Below are positions 40,236 to 51,067 of a stretch of 64,000 bases of DNA, piece after piece. A program made the translations under genes and the position numbers. Source of the DNA: Candidatus Hermodarchaeota archaeon. Lineage in GTDB: Archaea; Asgardarchaeota; Lokiarchaeia; Sigyniarchaeales; SOKP01. Under the pieces are notes generated by a model. That model searched no databases and was not told the DNA's origin. It was given only the letters and a program-made list of their open reading frames with translations. Position 1 is the first letter of the stretch, and each line of letters starts with the position of its first letter. The stretch lies in the NCBI GenBank assembly GCA_048885535.1, contig JBHLLO010000009.1:2909-66908 (forward strand), given 5' to 3'.

Positions 40236-41426
40236 ATGACTGATGTAAAAAATATTGTAGTAATAGGCGCCGGATTAATGGGTCATAATGTGGCACAAAT
40301 TTGCTTGATGACGGGTTATAATGTAACTTTAGTTGATATTAAAGATGAATTTATTGATAATGGAGTTGCTAAAATAGAAGAGGGTTTAAAGAAGCTTGAA
40401 GCAAAGGGTAGTTTAGGGGAGGGTGCTACTACAGCTGATATTATGAGAAGGTTGAAAAAAACTCTAGATTTGGCAAGCGCTGTAAAGGATGCAGACTTTG
40501 TTATCGAAGCAGTTATTGAAAAAATGGATGTGAAGAAGCAAGTTTTTAAAACTTGTGATGAAAATGCTCCTTCTCATTGTATATTTGCAACTAACACTTC
40601 AACTATGAGTATAACTGAGATTGCTAGTGCGACTAATCGAGAAGATAAGGTTATAGGAATGCATTTTTTCAATCCTCCTATCCTAATGAGATTAGTTGAG
40701 ATTATAGCCGGTGAGAAGTCTTCTGATGAAGCAATGGAAATAGGAGTTAAAGTTGGTGAATCATTACCATGTCTTAGAGGGAATCGATTTGTGCCAAAAG
40801 TACTGAAAGATAGACCTGGATTTATAGTGAATAGAATAAATGCTCCTGTTAATATTTATATTAGTTGGATATTTGATCAGGCTGCTGAAAAGGGGATACC
40901 TTGGGAGCAAATTGATGCAGATACAAAGGGAATCATGCCTATGGGACCATGTGAACTAGCTGATTATGTTGGAATAGATACAATGCTTCATGTTAGTAGA
41001 TATTATGCTGAAACCCTTTCACCAGATTTTAAAATAGGTAAAGTAATTACCAAGATGGTTGAAGAAAATAAATTAGGTAGAAAAACCGGTCAAGGCTTCT
41101 ATAATTGGAAAGAAAATCTTACTGAAAAAGGAAGACCCACAATTAATAAATCTAATAAGGCAGGACTGGTAGATTTACAAGCATCAATGGCAATTATGTT
41201 AAATGAAGGATGCCGTCTCTTGGAAGAAGGTGTTGTTACTGGATATAAGATTATCGACGAAGCTAATATGGCGGGAATGAATGTACCAGGGCCATTCGCA
41301 GCTGGTAAAAAAAATTGGGAAGCATGGAGTAAACTTTTAGAAGATATAGCTGGTCAAACTGGAAAAAATTATCTAAGACCTTGTAATTTAATGAAGTCTG
41401 GAGAATTTGTTAATATGAGAAAATAA
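40236..41426 (+). CDS. 3-hydroxyacyl-CoA dehydrogenase
   Basis: GAGLMG, EAVIE, TNTS, GMHFFNP, PGFIVNRI, PMGP, LGRKTGQGFY. Confidence 0.95.
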   Translation: MTDVKNIVVIGAGLMGHNVAQICLMTGYNVTLVDIKDEFIDNGVAKIEEGLKKLEAKGSLGEGATTADIMRRLKKTLDLASAVKDADFVIEAVIEKMDVKKQVFKTCDENAPSHCIFATNTSTMSITEIASATNREDKVIGMHFFNPPILMRLVEIIAGEKSSDEAMEIGVKVGESLPCLRGNRFVPKVLKDRPGFIVNRINAPVNIYISWIFDQAAEKGIPWEQIDADTKGIMPMGPCELADYVGIDTMLHVSRYYAETLSPDFKIGKVITKMVEENKLGRKTGQGFYNWKENLTEKGRPTINKSNKAGLVDLQASMAIMLNEGCRLLEEGVVTGYKIIDEANMAGMNVPGPFAAGKKNWEAWSKLLEDIAGQTGKNYLRPCNLMKSGEFVNMRK

Positions 41427-41572
41427 ATTAATTCTCAAATTTTTTTTATTACTTTTTTTTGGTTAGTTTAATACTGATTTTTAAAATTTGAAAGTTTTTA
41501 ATTTTTAAAATTATTTAACTACTAAAATTAAATTAAAATATGAAAAGATAAGATTTTAAAAAGGTTATAAGA

Positions 41573-42526
41573 ATGACTGAAGAAACTAAATTTGAGCATG
41601 TAAAGATTGATTGGCCACCTTTAAAGGATGATGATGGAAATGTGATTCGTGAAGGAACTATTGATGGAAATTATGCCGTGATTTCAATCAATAGGCCAGA
41701 TAGGCTAAATGCTCTGACAGAGCAAACAGTGGCAGAAATATCAAAAGCTCTACGACTTATGGAACATGATCATTCAATTCGGGCTGTAGTTTTAAGAGGG
41801 ACCAAAGATTTTACAAAAAAACCTGCTTTCTCTGCAGGTGCGGATCTTGCTGCTATGGTTGATCCAAGACTAAAAATGAATGTTCCTATGCATATGAGTA
41901 TGGCAATGAGAACAAGACATAGGGAATATGACGAATTAGAGCACTTCCCCAAACCCTTAATTGCTGCCGTTGATGGCTTCGCCTTAGGGGGAGGCTTCGA
42001 ATTGGTTCTCACCTGTGATATAGTTATTGCAACTGATAGAGCCATTTTTGGAACCCCAGAGATACATCGTGGAATCTTTTCAGCTAATGGAGGTGTTACA
42101 AGATTAGCTGAAAGAATTGGACTCAATAGAGCTTTACGAGTAGGTTATTTTGGAGAAAATTTTGATGCAAAAACTATGCTTGAGTGGGGCTTAGTCACTT
42201 GGATGGCCCCTGCCGGAGAAGAATTCGAAAAATTAGTACATGAAAAAGCAAAATGGCTTGGTGATGCTCCCACAACTGCTCTATTTATTATAAAGAAATG
42301 TGTCAAGTTTGGAACTCGATACCCAGAGTTAGGTATTATAATGGAACAGCTTGGATTCGGTGTTAATAGTGCAAGTTTTGATTCTAAGGAAGGAATTGCT
42401 GCGTTTAACAGGAAAGTTAGGTGTCCTGTCTGCAATGGTAAAGGTAAAATGGAAGATGGAAGTACTTGTGAGAATTGTAAGGGTGCAAAAAGGATAAAAG
42501 ACACTCCACGCTTTAAAGGGATCTAA
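41573..42526 (+). CDS. Enoyl-CoA hydratase with C-terminal CxxCxGxG zinc finger
   Basis: NRPDRLNAL, FSAGADL, GGGFE, PE; CPVCNGKG...CENCKGAK. Confidence 0.9.
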   Translation: MTEETKFEHVKIDWPPLKDDDGNVIREGTIDGNYAVISINRPDRLNALTEQTVAEISKALRLMEHDHSIRAVVLRGTKDFTKKPAFSAGADLAAMVDPRLKMNVPMHMSMAMRTRHREYDELEHFPKPLIAAVDGFALGGGFELVLTCDIVIATDRAIFGTPEIHRGIFSANGGVTRLAERIGLNRALRVGYFGENFDAKTMLEWGLVTWMAPAGEEFEKLVHEKAKWLGDAPTTALFIIKKCVKFGTRYPELGIIMEQLGFGVNSASFDSKEGIAAFNRKVRCPVCNGKGKMEDGSTCENCKGAKRIKDTPRFKGI

Positions 42527-42584
42527 TTTGAATTATATCCATTTACTTTTTTTTGATTTTCAATAATTTTTATTTTGAATAATA

Positions 42585-43145
42585 ATGTTGCATGACATCG
42601 AATTAATAGAAGAAATTAATGATAACAACATTTATATAAGAAAGATATCTAAAGATGATACCTCATTTTTCTATGAAAGCTTAAAAATTAAGGATATTAC
42701 AAACTATTTGTCACTGGGACCTTTACTATCCTTGGATCATGCTAAACGTATCATTAAAAACTACTTAAAGTATTGGGATAGTTATCTTCAATTTAATTAC
42801 ATTATAGAACTTAGAGAAGAGTCTAAACCCCTAAAGATTGGTTCTGTGAGCCTATGGAATATAAGTTGGCAACATAAAAGAGCAGAAGTAGGAGTTTGGC
42901 TAATTCCAAATTATTGGGAGAAAGGAATTGGTAAAAAAACGCTAATGTTGATAAAGACTATTGCTTTTGTATATCTTAAGTTGCATAGAATTCAAGCACA
43001 CATCGCTGTAGAAAACACTCGTTCGATTTCCACTTTTAAAAAATCTGGATTTATTGAAGAAGGTAAACTAAAAGAATATCTAAACATGAATGGTAAATTT
43101 TATGATGCTATAGTTTTAGCTTGTTTTAAAAAAATCTTGATGTAA
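42585..43145 (+). CDS. GNAT acetyltransferase (RimJ/RimL type)
   Basis: AEVGVWL...YWEKGIG, N..S...FKKSGFIEEG. Confidence 0.9.
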   Translation: MLHDIELIEEINDNNIYIRKISKDDTSFFYESLKIKDITNYLSLGPLLSLDHAKRIIKNYLKYWDSYLQFNYIIELREESKPLKIGSVSLWNISWQHKRAEVGVWLIPNYWEKGIGKKTLMLIKTIAFVYLKLHRIQAHIAVENTRSISTFKKSGFIEEGKLKEYLNMNGKFYDAIVLACFKKILM

Positions 43146-43548
43146 TAGATTTAATTCCCTTGGATTTGATTATACGTTCAATATCCTTGGAAAAAGGTTT
43201 AAAAATATTAATATTTCCGTTAAAATCTATTAGATTCCTTTTAAATTTTGAAGAAAATTTGTCTAATATTTCATAAGCAAACTGATCAACTGTTTTTTTC
43301 TTAATTTTTTTCTCTGTTCTAATGATTACGTGACAGATTTTTTCACTATGAGTATAAAAATAGAATTCACTTTTCCCAATTTTTAGAGTCACTAGACTCT
43401 GGTTAAACTTATACTTCGTAAAACGGCATATCTGATCAAAGTAACTCGCTATTAACCGATAATCATACCTTTTATTAAAACTATTATCTACTATATAGTT
43501 GAACAGTGGTATACCTGTATTAGATAAAATGATTATTTCTTGGATCAA
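43126..43548 (-). CDS. Stand-alone longin-like domain protein
   Basis: MIQEIIILSNTGIPLF...LIASYF..I..F...; ends F...F...L..F.GN...F..F. Confidence 0.75.
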   Translation of the reverse strand: MIQEIIILSNTGIPLFNYIVDNSFNKRYDYRLIASYFDQICRFTKYKFNQSLVTLKIGKSEFYFYTHSEKICHVIIRTEKKIKKKTVDQFAYEILDKFSSKFKRNLIDFNGNINIFKPFSKDIERIIKSKGIKSITSRFF

Positions 43549-43663
43549 TTTTTACAATCTTAATTTTCAATTTTTGAACGTATAATCCCTTCTAAATATA
43601 CAATTGATCCTATTCTAAATTTAATATAGTTATTAATCCAAAAATAATGATATAAAAAATAAA

Positions 43664-44818
43664 TCATTTTTCTGGCTTAAAAGTCTCTAATTTTTCTTTT
43701 ATCTCCTTAAATTTGTTTAAAGCCAATTCAAAATCTTCCTTGTTTACAGCACTTAATGCTTCAGAATTTAAAGTAATTATAGACATTCTTAAATTTTCAA
43801 ATTCATTAAAATCCTTTATTTTATTTTTAATATCTTCAATATATTCAGAATACTTATTAACATAATTTTCTTTTCCGATAAATCTTGAAATTTTTACTAT
43901 TTGATTACAATTTTCTATTGCCTCATTAAATAGAAAGTTTTTTATATTCTTTTCAACTAAACCTTCAATATTTTCGATATCTTTAACTAATTTATTGTAT
44001 TTTTGCTCTGCATCGAGTATTGACTTTTCTTTCACTTTTAAATCTTTTTTATAAATCTCCAAATTTTTTTCTTCAACAACTTGATAAATCGATTTTAGTA
44101 AATTCTTTGCTTGGATAAATTCATATTTATCTGTTAATTTCGCAACTTCTTGTATTGATTCCTCAATTTTTTCGCGAAAGTCATATTTCTTTTTTAATTC
44201 AATAAAGATTGCTTCTAAAGTCTCCCATTTTTCTTTTATTGAAACATCTTTGAGCTCTTCCAGAAGATTTTTGGCTTTCCGTAAGGCTTCATAGGCTAAC
44301 GTTACATTGTTTGTACTTAAATAACTGTTTAGCTGAATCTCTAGAGGTTCTAATTGTTTTTTTAAATAACTTTGTTTTTTAGAGTGCTTTTCCCAAATTT
44401 GTGATTCTCTTTCTATTAGTTTTTTTATATTAGAATTTGAACTCAGGTCTATGATTTTTTCATACTTCTTTTTAAAGAAATCTACAATTTCATGTGCCTC
44501 ATTAACTTTATCATTGTTTAATAAATTGTTAAATTTAAGCTGCAAATCCTCAAAATCTTCCCTTAAGAATGACTTTTGGTCTCCTTTTTCAATGAGTTTA
44601 TAAATCTTTGAAATAAATTTCTGTTGTTCCCTAACTATGGAATTTAATTCCGCTTTTTTAGCAAGCTCAATGATCTCTTCTGCTGTTTTTATAGCTTCAT
44701 CGTATTTTCCCATTAAGTAATGGTTATTTGTAATTACTTTTAACTCGTCAATCTCTGAGATAATTATAATCTTTCTTTTTTGCTTTTCTAACTCTTGTTC
44801 TGAATTCATGTATCCCAC
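43664..44818 (-). CDS. All-helical (TPR/solenoid-like) protein
   Basis: Repeated Y/F.EAI..A..II helical units; homologous to the C-terminal part of 44831-45877. Confidence 0.8.
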   Translation of the reverse strand: MGYMNSEQELEKQKRKIIIISEIDELKVITNNHYLMGKYDEAIKTAEEIIELAKKAELNSIVREQQKFISKIYKLIEKGDQKSFLREDFEDLQLKFNNLLNNDKVNEAHEIVDFFKKKYEKIIDLSSNSNIKKLIERESQIWEKHSKKQSYLKKQLEPLEIQLNSYLSTNNVTLAYEALRKAKNLLEELKDVSIKEKWETLEAIFIELKKKYDFREKIEESIQEVAKLTDKYEFIQAKNLLKSIYQVVEEKNLEIYKKDLKVKEKSILDAEQKYNKLVKDIENIEGLVEKNIKNFLFNEAIENCNQIVKISRFIGKENYVNKYSEYIEDIKNKIKDFNEFENLRMSIITLNSEALSAVNKEDFELALNKFKEIKEKLETFKPEK

Positions 44819-44830
44819 AATTTTATTTAC

Positions 44831-45877
44831 TTAACTAATAAAAATCTCTAACAATTCAATTATATTATCATATTTTTCTATGACTTCCGAGATTTTACTT
44901 TTTTCAAGAAGACCTAAAGCTTCTTTGCTTAATTCTTCTAGATCTCTTTTCTTTTGATTTCTGAAGAGTGAAAATTTGCTTTTTAACAAATCTAATTTAT
45001 TTTTTATATCTATATCAATTAATTTTTCTGTTAGAGTTTCAATATTTTTTAACATTTTCCCTGCTTGAAGCATCTGACTGAGTTTTATAAATTTTTCTAC
45101 TTTTCTTCCTAATACTTCGAACCTCTTTTTCAGTACTTCTTGCTCTTCTCTTAAACTGTATAAGAGGTTTTCATCTTTCAATATTAAATCTTGAGCAAAT
45201 GGGATTGTGAGCAAATTAATATTTCTTTCATGTTTAGTTCTAAACTCTTGGGCAATTTTGTGAGCTTCTTTGTAGTTTTCAGCCCTAATTAAATTATCGA
45301 AAACCTTTAATTTAATTTCTGCTTCTATTTCAATTTCTCTTACGATTTGTTTAGCTTTAGAGTTAGTTTTAGCTTCCTCTATAAAACTGAGTATGTCATT
45401 TTCTAAAGAATAATCTTCAATTTCTTGGGCTAATTTTATTACTTTCTGAGCTAAAGCGATTGCCTCTTGATAGTTTCCTAAAACAAAATTTTTATCAGCA
45501 TCATCTTTTAACCGATTTATTTTGGATAAAACAGGTAATAGTTTAAATTCTAATTGTTTAAAATGCTCCTTATATTGATCCTTTGAAATTCCAATAGTCT
45601 CAAAGAATTCTGATGGCTCAGAATCATATTCCACAATTATATTTCGTATAATTTTTAAATTAGGATAACTTCTTAGAAAAATTTCACGAATTGAAGGGAT
45701 ATGACTTTTCAGAGAATGCGAAACTCTTTTACCAATCCATATATACAAACGTCTTTGACTTGATACATAAAAAGTTAAGATATCAAATAATGTAAAATTT
45801 GAAAATAAATCCTCACCTGAAATATCTTTTAAATCTCCAGCATAATTCAATTTAAAGACTTTAATATCGTTTGTCAA
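44831..45877 (-). CDS. Gelsolin-like domain + helical repeats
   Basis: DILTFY...RRLYIWIGKRVS...VEYDSEPSEFF resembles a gelsolin domain; the remainder is helical. Confidence 0.7.
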   Translation of the reverse strand: MTNDIKVFKLNYAGDLKDISGEDLFSNFTLFDILTFYVSSQRRLYIWIGKRVSHSLKSHIPSIREIFLRSYPNLKIIRNIIVEYDSEPSEFFETIGISKDQYKEHFKQLEFKLLPVLSKINRLKDDADKNFVLGNYQEAIALAQKVIKLAQEIEDYSLENDILSFIEEAKTNSKAKQIVREIEIEAEIKLKVFDNLIRAENYKEAHKIAQEFRTKHERNINLLTIPFAQDLILKDENLLYSLREEQEVLKKRFEVLGRKVEKFIKLSQMLQAGKMLKNIETLTEKLIDIDIKNKLDLLKSKFSLFRNQKKRDLEELSKEALGLLEKSKISEVIEKYDNIIELLEIFIS

Positions 45878-45943
45878 TTCTATACGCCCTTTAATCTCAT
45901 TTTTAAAGTAACTAATTTAAAATAAAAAAATAAATTTGGTTAT

Positions 45944-48900
45944 CTATTTCGATGATTTTAGTGAATTTTCATCAAGATCTTTTAGCATTTTTTCCCTTAA
46001 AATTTTTCCATTAATAGGAGTCCCTTTAATAAATTTTGATGATGTTTTTAATTCTTCTTGATATAAATCTTCAAATGCTTTTTCACGTGCTTTAATCGTT
46101 TTAGAAGGACCTTCTTCATTTATTAATGTTTTCCGATATTTTCGAACTTTCCTTACAGGAACAGGATATTTTAAAACCTTTTGATAATAAATGATATAAA
46201 CCGTTAATATTGTTGCTCCAAATGCGACTAAAGCAAATAATAATTGAAATAAGTATGATTCCTCTACAGGAACAAATACATCATATGTTATTTGTAATAT
46301 GACATTATCAATGGATAGAGTAATATCATCTGCAAGCATAAACTCATCTGCAATATATGTTTGGATTGAAACATTAATCTCATTGTCATTAGGAACTAAC
46401 TCGGTTACATCAAATCCAGTAACACTGGCTCTTATAAGACTAGTTTCTGCTCTGCTTAACCTTATAGTTTCAGTATGTTCTACATCATTAATGGAAAAAA
46501 TCATTTCTGAGTTTGGTGATATAGAAGTTGGCCATAAACGGCTAATTCGATAATCAAAATTAAGTATAGCCCTAGTAACTTCAATTTCATAACCCCCCGC
46601 CTCAATTTGTTCTCCTAAATATTTCCATGTAATGCTTGAGAACTGATTGATTTTTTTTTCATATGAAATAGACAAATTAAAATTTTTAATTATTAAACTC
46701 TGCCAATCGTCTCCATCCCCTGGATGACCTGAATCTTCGCACCATATATATATTCCTAAAGTTATAGCAAAATTTTGGTGATCGTATTGTAGGGCATGTT
46801 CAAGAAAGAAAATTAAAGTCTCTTCATTTATAGGGAGAATAAGTGTATCGTTTAGTTGAGTAATCTCAGGAGGTCCATCCTTTCCTAAATCATCAGTTTG
46901 ATATTCAGCAGCAACAAATTTTCGATTACTTTCTGGATCAGATATCATGATGAAATATCTAGCAAAATCTCCTGTAGCAATCTGTACCGTAGTACCTCCA
47001 CTTAAAGTGTCTCCTGGACGATCAATTCCACCTCCATCTACTGGACTAGCATCTACGGTTCCATTAATCCACGCTGTTAAAGATGCAGATGTTATATAGT
47101 AATCAGACATATTAACATTCATGGTAAAATTTTTCATCCATTGAACTTTTACAGATTGGGGTTGATTATCTGGCCAGTCATAATATGCATACCATCCTCT
47201 AGCATCCATACCATATCCACCACTAGCTATAACGTCAGGTAATACGATATTATCCTCATTTTCAATTCTCACCCAATTAGTACTTAAACCATTCTCATAA
47301 AATTCTTGGGTGCCGGAATCCCCTATAATATTAAAATTGGCATGACCACCACTAATATTTGCGCTTAAATCTAAGATATCACCATTGAATAGGTTAATCC
47401 ATCCGTCTTCTGTATCGAATTGCGAGTTTTGAATCCATTGAGCCATTCGCGTGTCTCTCTGATATTGTTCTGGCGGAATGGCTTGAATTAGTGGTATCTC
47501 TCCTTGTCTAGTCTCAATTTTAGAACAATTTACTCTAGGTCCAATTAATATTAGACTAAAGAATAAACCAAAAACTATGAATAAAATTATAATTAACTGT
47601 TTTTTCTTTATGTATATTTTCCTACTTTCGCTTTTAGTAGTAGTTCGTACCCCTAAGATATTTGATATAGGTTTGATACCTTTCTTATACTTATTTTGAA
47701 ACGCTCTTTTACGATCAGCTACTATTATATCTGGAGGGCTCTCTTTATTCAATGTTTTTCTGAATTTTCTTAACTTTCTAACTGGCTTGGGAAAACGTAA
47801 AATTCTACGATAATATACATAATAAAAAGTTAGTCCACTCAGAGTGATTATAGCTATTAACAACAGAGTTTGAAATAATGTGTTTAATTGGGCTTCAAAA
47901 AACAATTCGTAAGATATATCTAAGATTATATTATCTATAGATATTGTAATATTCTCCTTAAGTTGAAATTCGTCTGCGAGAAACATTTGTATAGAAATAT
48001 TAATCATTTGGTAAGGTGGAATTAATCTGGTAATTTCAAATCCATTTTCCTTAGCTGAATTGAACGTTAAACCTGCTGTACTCAACTTAATTGTCTCAGT
48101 ATGCTCTAACTTATTGATCATAATTCTTAATTCCGAATTCGGTGATAAGTTAGTAGGCCATAATTTATCAATTTTGTAATCAAAATATATTTTTGCATCC
48201 GTAATTCTCACAGTTCCTCCTTTATTATTGATTTGTTTCCCTAAATACTTCCATGATGCGGAAGTTAGTTGATTTATTCTCTTTACATAACTAATGGTAA
48301 AATTGCAGGATTTTATGTAAGCTGCAGTAAATTCATCTAAATCAGTCCAAAAGTTATCTTCACAATTAAATTCGATGCCAAGTGCTATAATAAAATTTTG
48401 ATAGTCTCCATTTACTAAAATTTGGTTCAAGTAGAAAATTAAATCTTCAATATTATCACATTTAAAAATAGTATCATTTAAATAGTCATAGCTATCAGGA
48501 TTTTGAGCACCATCCTTTCCCAATGTTGTAGTTTGATATTCAACGACACTATAGTCGACATCTTTATTTACATTCATAAATTTTACAAAAAATTTTATAT
48601 AATCTCCCTCTCTAAGTCCTACTGCTGGTTCATAAGAGTCACCAATAACTTCTACGCCCTCCCAACTCCAACCATCAAAATTGTTCCCTCCAGTATACGC
48701 TTTTGCCGTAGCATTTATAAGGACTTTCAATGATGCATTTGTAATAATAAAATCAGACATATTATAAGGTGTAGTAATGATTTTTTCCCATTGAACGCTA
48801 GTTTTTTGGTATGCATTAACCGTAGTTCCTAAGTTTTCAGCCCAATAATGAGATGCGAAACATCCAGATTGATTAATCTTATGACCATTAGTTGGATAAA

Positions 48901-49297
48901 CCGGAATTTCTGGATTCGTAAAATTTTTCCAGTTTTGGGATGTTGATGAATTAGGCGTTCCTGATATAAGTGTAGTTGTATGAGTTGCTCCAATTGCTTG
49001 AAAATTAGCGTTTCCTCCACTTATGGAAGCATCTACATCTGTTTTATCTCCATTATATTCAGAAATCCATCCCAAACTATTATTGAAATCAGGATTGTCA
49101 ATCCATTGTACTTGATGTGATTCACTAAACCATGGTCCAAGAAATCCCCCTTGATTCAATAATAATACTCTATTTTGATTAAATTGGGAGTAATTAAATT
49201 GGTAGTTTGAGAATATATATAAACTTGAAGTTATGAATATAAACAATATTATAACATATACAAAAATCCTCTCAATTCCCTTTTTTCTTGAACTCAT
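45944..49297 (-). CDS. Large membrane protein made of two fused surface modules
   Basis: Two copies of [TM - W(I/L).N..F...SPNSE extracellular domain - TM - (F/Y)P.PVRK.RK tail]. Confidence 0.85.
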   Translation of the reverse strand: MSSRKKGIERIFVYVIILFIFITSSLYIFSNYQFNYSQFNQNRVLLLNQGGFLGPWFSESHQVQWIDNPDFNNSLGWISEYNGDKTDVDASISGGNANFQAIGATHTTTLISGTPNSSTSQNWKNFTNPEIPVYPTNGHKINQSGCFASHYWAENLGTTVNAYQKTSVQWEKIITTPYNMSDFIITNASLKVLINATAKAYTGGNNFDGWSWEGVEVIGDSYEPAVGLREGDYIKFFVKFMNVNKDVDYSVVEYQTTTLGKDGAQNPDSYDYLNDTIFKCDNIEDLIFYLNQILVNGDYQNFIIALGIEFNCEDNFWTDLDEFTAAYIKSCNFTISYVKRINQLTSASWKYLGKQINNKGGTVRITDAKIYFDYKIDKLWPTNLSPNSELRIMINKLEHTETIKLSTAGLTFNSAKENGFEITRLIPPYQMINISIQMFLADEFQLKENITISIDNIILDISYELFFEAQLNTLFQTLLLIAIITLSGLTFYYVYYRRILRFPKPVRKLRKFRKTLNKESPPDIIVADRKRAFQNKYKKGIKPISNILGVRTTTKSESRKIYIKKKQLIIILFIVFGLFFSLILIGPRVNCSKIETRQGEIPLIQAIPPEQYQRDTRMAQWIQNSQFDTEDGWINLFNGDILDLSANISGGHANFNIIGDSGTQEFYENGLSTNWVRIENEDNIVLPDVIASGGYGMDARGWYAYYDWPDNQPQSVKVQWMKNFTMNVNMSDYYITSASLTAWINGTVDASPVDGGGIDRPGDTLSGGTTVQIATGDFARYFIMISDPESNRKFVAAEYQTDDLGKDGPPEITQLNDTLILPINEETLIFFLEHALQYDHQNFAITLGIYIWCEDSGHPGDGDDWQSLIIKNFNLSISYEKKINQFSSITWKYLGEQIEAGGYEIEVTRAILNFDYRISRLWPTSISPNSEMIFSINDVEHTETIRLSRAETSLIRASVTGFDVTELVPNDNEINVSIQTYIADEFMLADDITLSIDNVILQITYDVFVPVEESYLFQLLFALVAFGATILTVYIIYYQKVLKYPVPVRKVRKYRKTLINEEGPSKTIKAREKAFEDLYQEELKTSSKFIKGTPINGKILREKMLKDLDENSLKSSK

Positions 49298-49465
49298 TAA
49301 ATTTTATCCCCTTTCAGATTCATTTTGATTGATTTATGCTGAAATTAATTAAAAAACCTTTAACCAATTATTAATGATATTATGTTGATATTAATAATTT
49401 ATAGTTTTAGTTTTATACTTTTCTTAATATTAACAAAATTAGAATTTTTTGAAGAAAAAAATATT

Positions 49466-51067
49466 TTACTTTTTAATTGATTTAGATTCTTCTCCGAATA
49501 ATTTATCTTTCTCAATTTTTCCATTCAGAGGTGCACCTTTAAGGATCTTAGATGTTTTCTCTATTTCTCCATGATATGTTTTTTTGAAAGTAGCTTCACG
49601 ACTGGCAATTTTGACATCAGGATCTTTTTCATGAGGGAGTGCTTTTTTATGTTTTCGCACTTTTCGGACAGGTATTGGGAATCTCCATACTTTTACATAG
49701 GCAATCAATAATCCAGTTAAAACTGCCGCTGCCATCGAAGATATTATAAATAATCCCGCAAAAAACCAAGGTTGATCTTCTACAACATCAAGAATAAACT
49801 CCGTGTAAATAATCCTTAAATATACATCTGTTATAGAGATAGTAAAATTTTGGTTTAAAGGAAATGTGTCTCCTAAAAATAGTACTATACTTAATGAAAT
49901 GTTGACATTTTTTAAAAGTAATTTAGTAACATCAAAACCTCCAACTTTAGCTTCTTGAAATGTAGAAGTTGCAGTACTTAATTTAATATTTTCTAATAGA
50001 GAATTATTATTGATTAATATATTCAATCTAGAGTTTGGAGATAACACAGTAGGCCACAATTGGTCGATCTTATAGTTAAATCGAAGATTTCCATCAATTA
50101 TCGAAACGTTTTGACCACTAATGATATCTCCTATTTGATTCCAAGAACCGCTAGATCTTTGATCTATTTTTTTCTGATATGTGAACGAAAGATTACATGA
50201 TTTTATATATAAGTAATTCCAATAATCTTGATCGCTAAGTCGATTATCCTCACACCAAATTCTGATTCCTAATGTAATGCTAAAATTCTGAAAATCACTT
50301 GATAATACAGATGACAAATAAAATATCAAATCTTGTTCTGAAGTTGTTGTCATCAATGTGTCATTTAAAGTAGTAATTGGAGGTGAATCCTGACCTAAAT
50401 TAACAGTTTGATAATAGGCAACCTCATATATTTTACTCTTAGATAAATCTGATAATAAAACATAAAACCTAGTATAATCCCATGTATAATAATCTGTTGC
50501 AGAATCTCCAGGAGTTTCTACATTGGAATTAGCACTACCATTCACTATTGCTGTTAATGATGCTGATGTGATAATATAATCTGACATATCGATAGGCATA
50601 GAAACATTCCTCTCCCAATGTACACTTGGAGATTGATCAGAATATTCTCCCCATTGATGGCTAACATAGCATCCTCCTGAATTGATTGTTGATGTATCTG
50701 GATAAGACGGAAATTCTGGATTATGAACTCTTGTCCAATCAGTACTAATTGGAGTTCCTGAAATATCTGAAAATGAATATTCCTCACCAATTACTTTAAA
50801 ATACCCCTCTCCGGGTATAAATCCAACATTAATATCTGATATATCTTCTGATACTTGAGAATACCAAGGATCTATTGGATCTGAAAAATCAGAATTATCT
50901 ATCCATTCTCTATCACGTGTGATTATTCCAGAGGAATGAAGCCTCGATTTTTCATCTTCTAATAATATAAGATTTTGACTGTTATAAACCAAGGTTAAAA
51001 CTCCTATTAATGCGAAAAAAAACGCGGCATATAGAAGTTTTTTATATCTTATTGATATTTTTTTCAT
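49466..51067 (-). CDS. Membrane-anchored surface protein (one module of the same family)
   Basis: WIDNSDF, MSDYIITSASL, WCED..KSCN, LSPNS, FPIPVRKVRK. Confidence 0.85.
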   Translation of the reverse strand: MKKISIRYKKLLYAAFFFALIGVLTLVYNSQNLILLEDEKSRLHSSGIITRDREWIDNSDFSDPIDPWYSQVSEDISDINVGFIPGEGYFKVIGEEYSFSDISGTPISTDWTRVHNPEFPSYPDTSTINSGGCYVSHQWGEYSDQSPSVHWERNVSMPIDMSDYIITSASLTAIVNGSANSNVETPGDSATDYYTWDYTRFYVLLSDLSKSKIYEVAYYQTVNLGQDSPPITTLNDTLMTTTSEQDLIFYLSSVLSSDFQNFSITLGIRIWCEDNRLSDQDYWNYLYIKSCNLSFTYQKKIDQRSSGSWNQIGDIISGQNVSIIDGNLRFNYKIDQLWPTVLSPNSRLNILINNNSLLENIKLSTATSTFQEAKVGGFDVTKLLLKNVNISLSIVLFLGDTFPLNQNFTISITDVYLRIIYTEFILDVVEDQPWFFAGLFIISSMAAAVLTGLLIAYVKVWRFPIPVRKVRKHKKALPHEKDPDVKIASREATFKKTYHGEIEKTSKILKGAPLNGKIEKDKLFGEESKSIKK

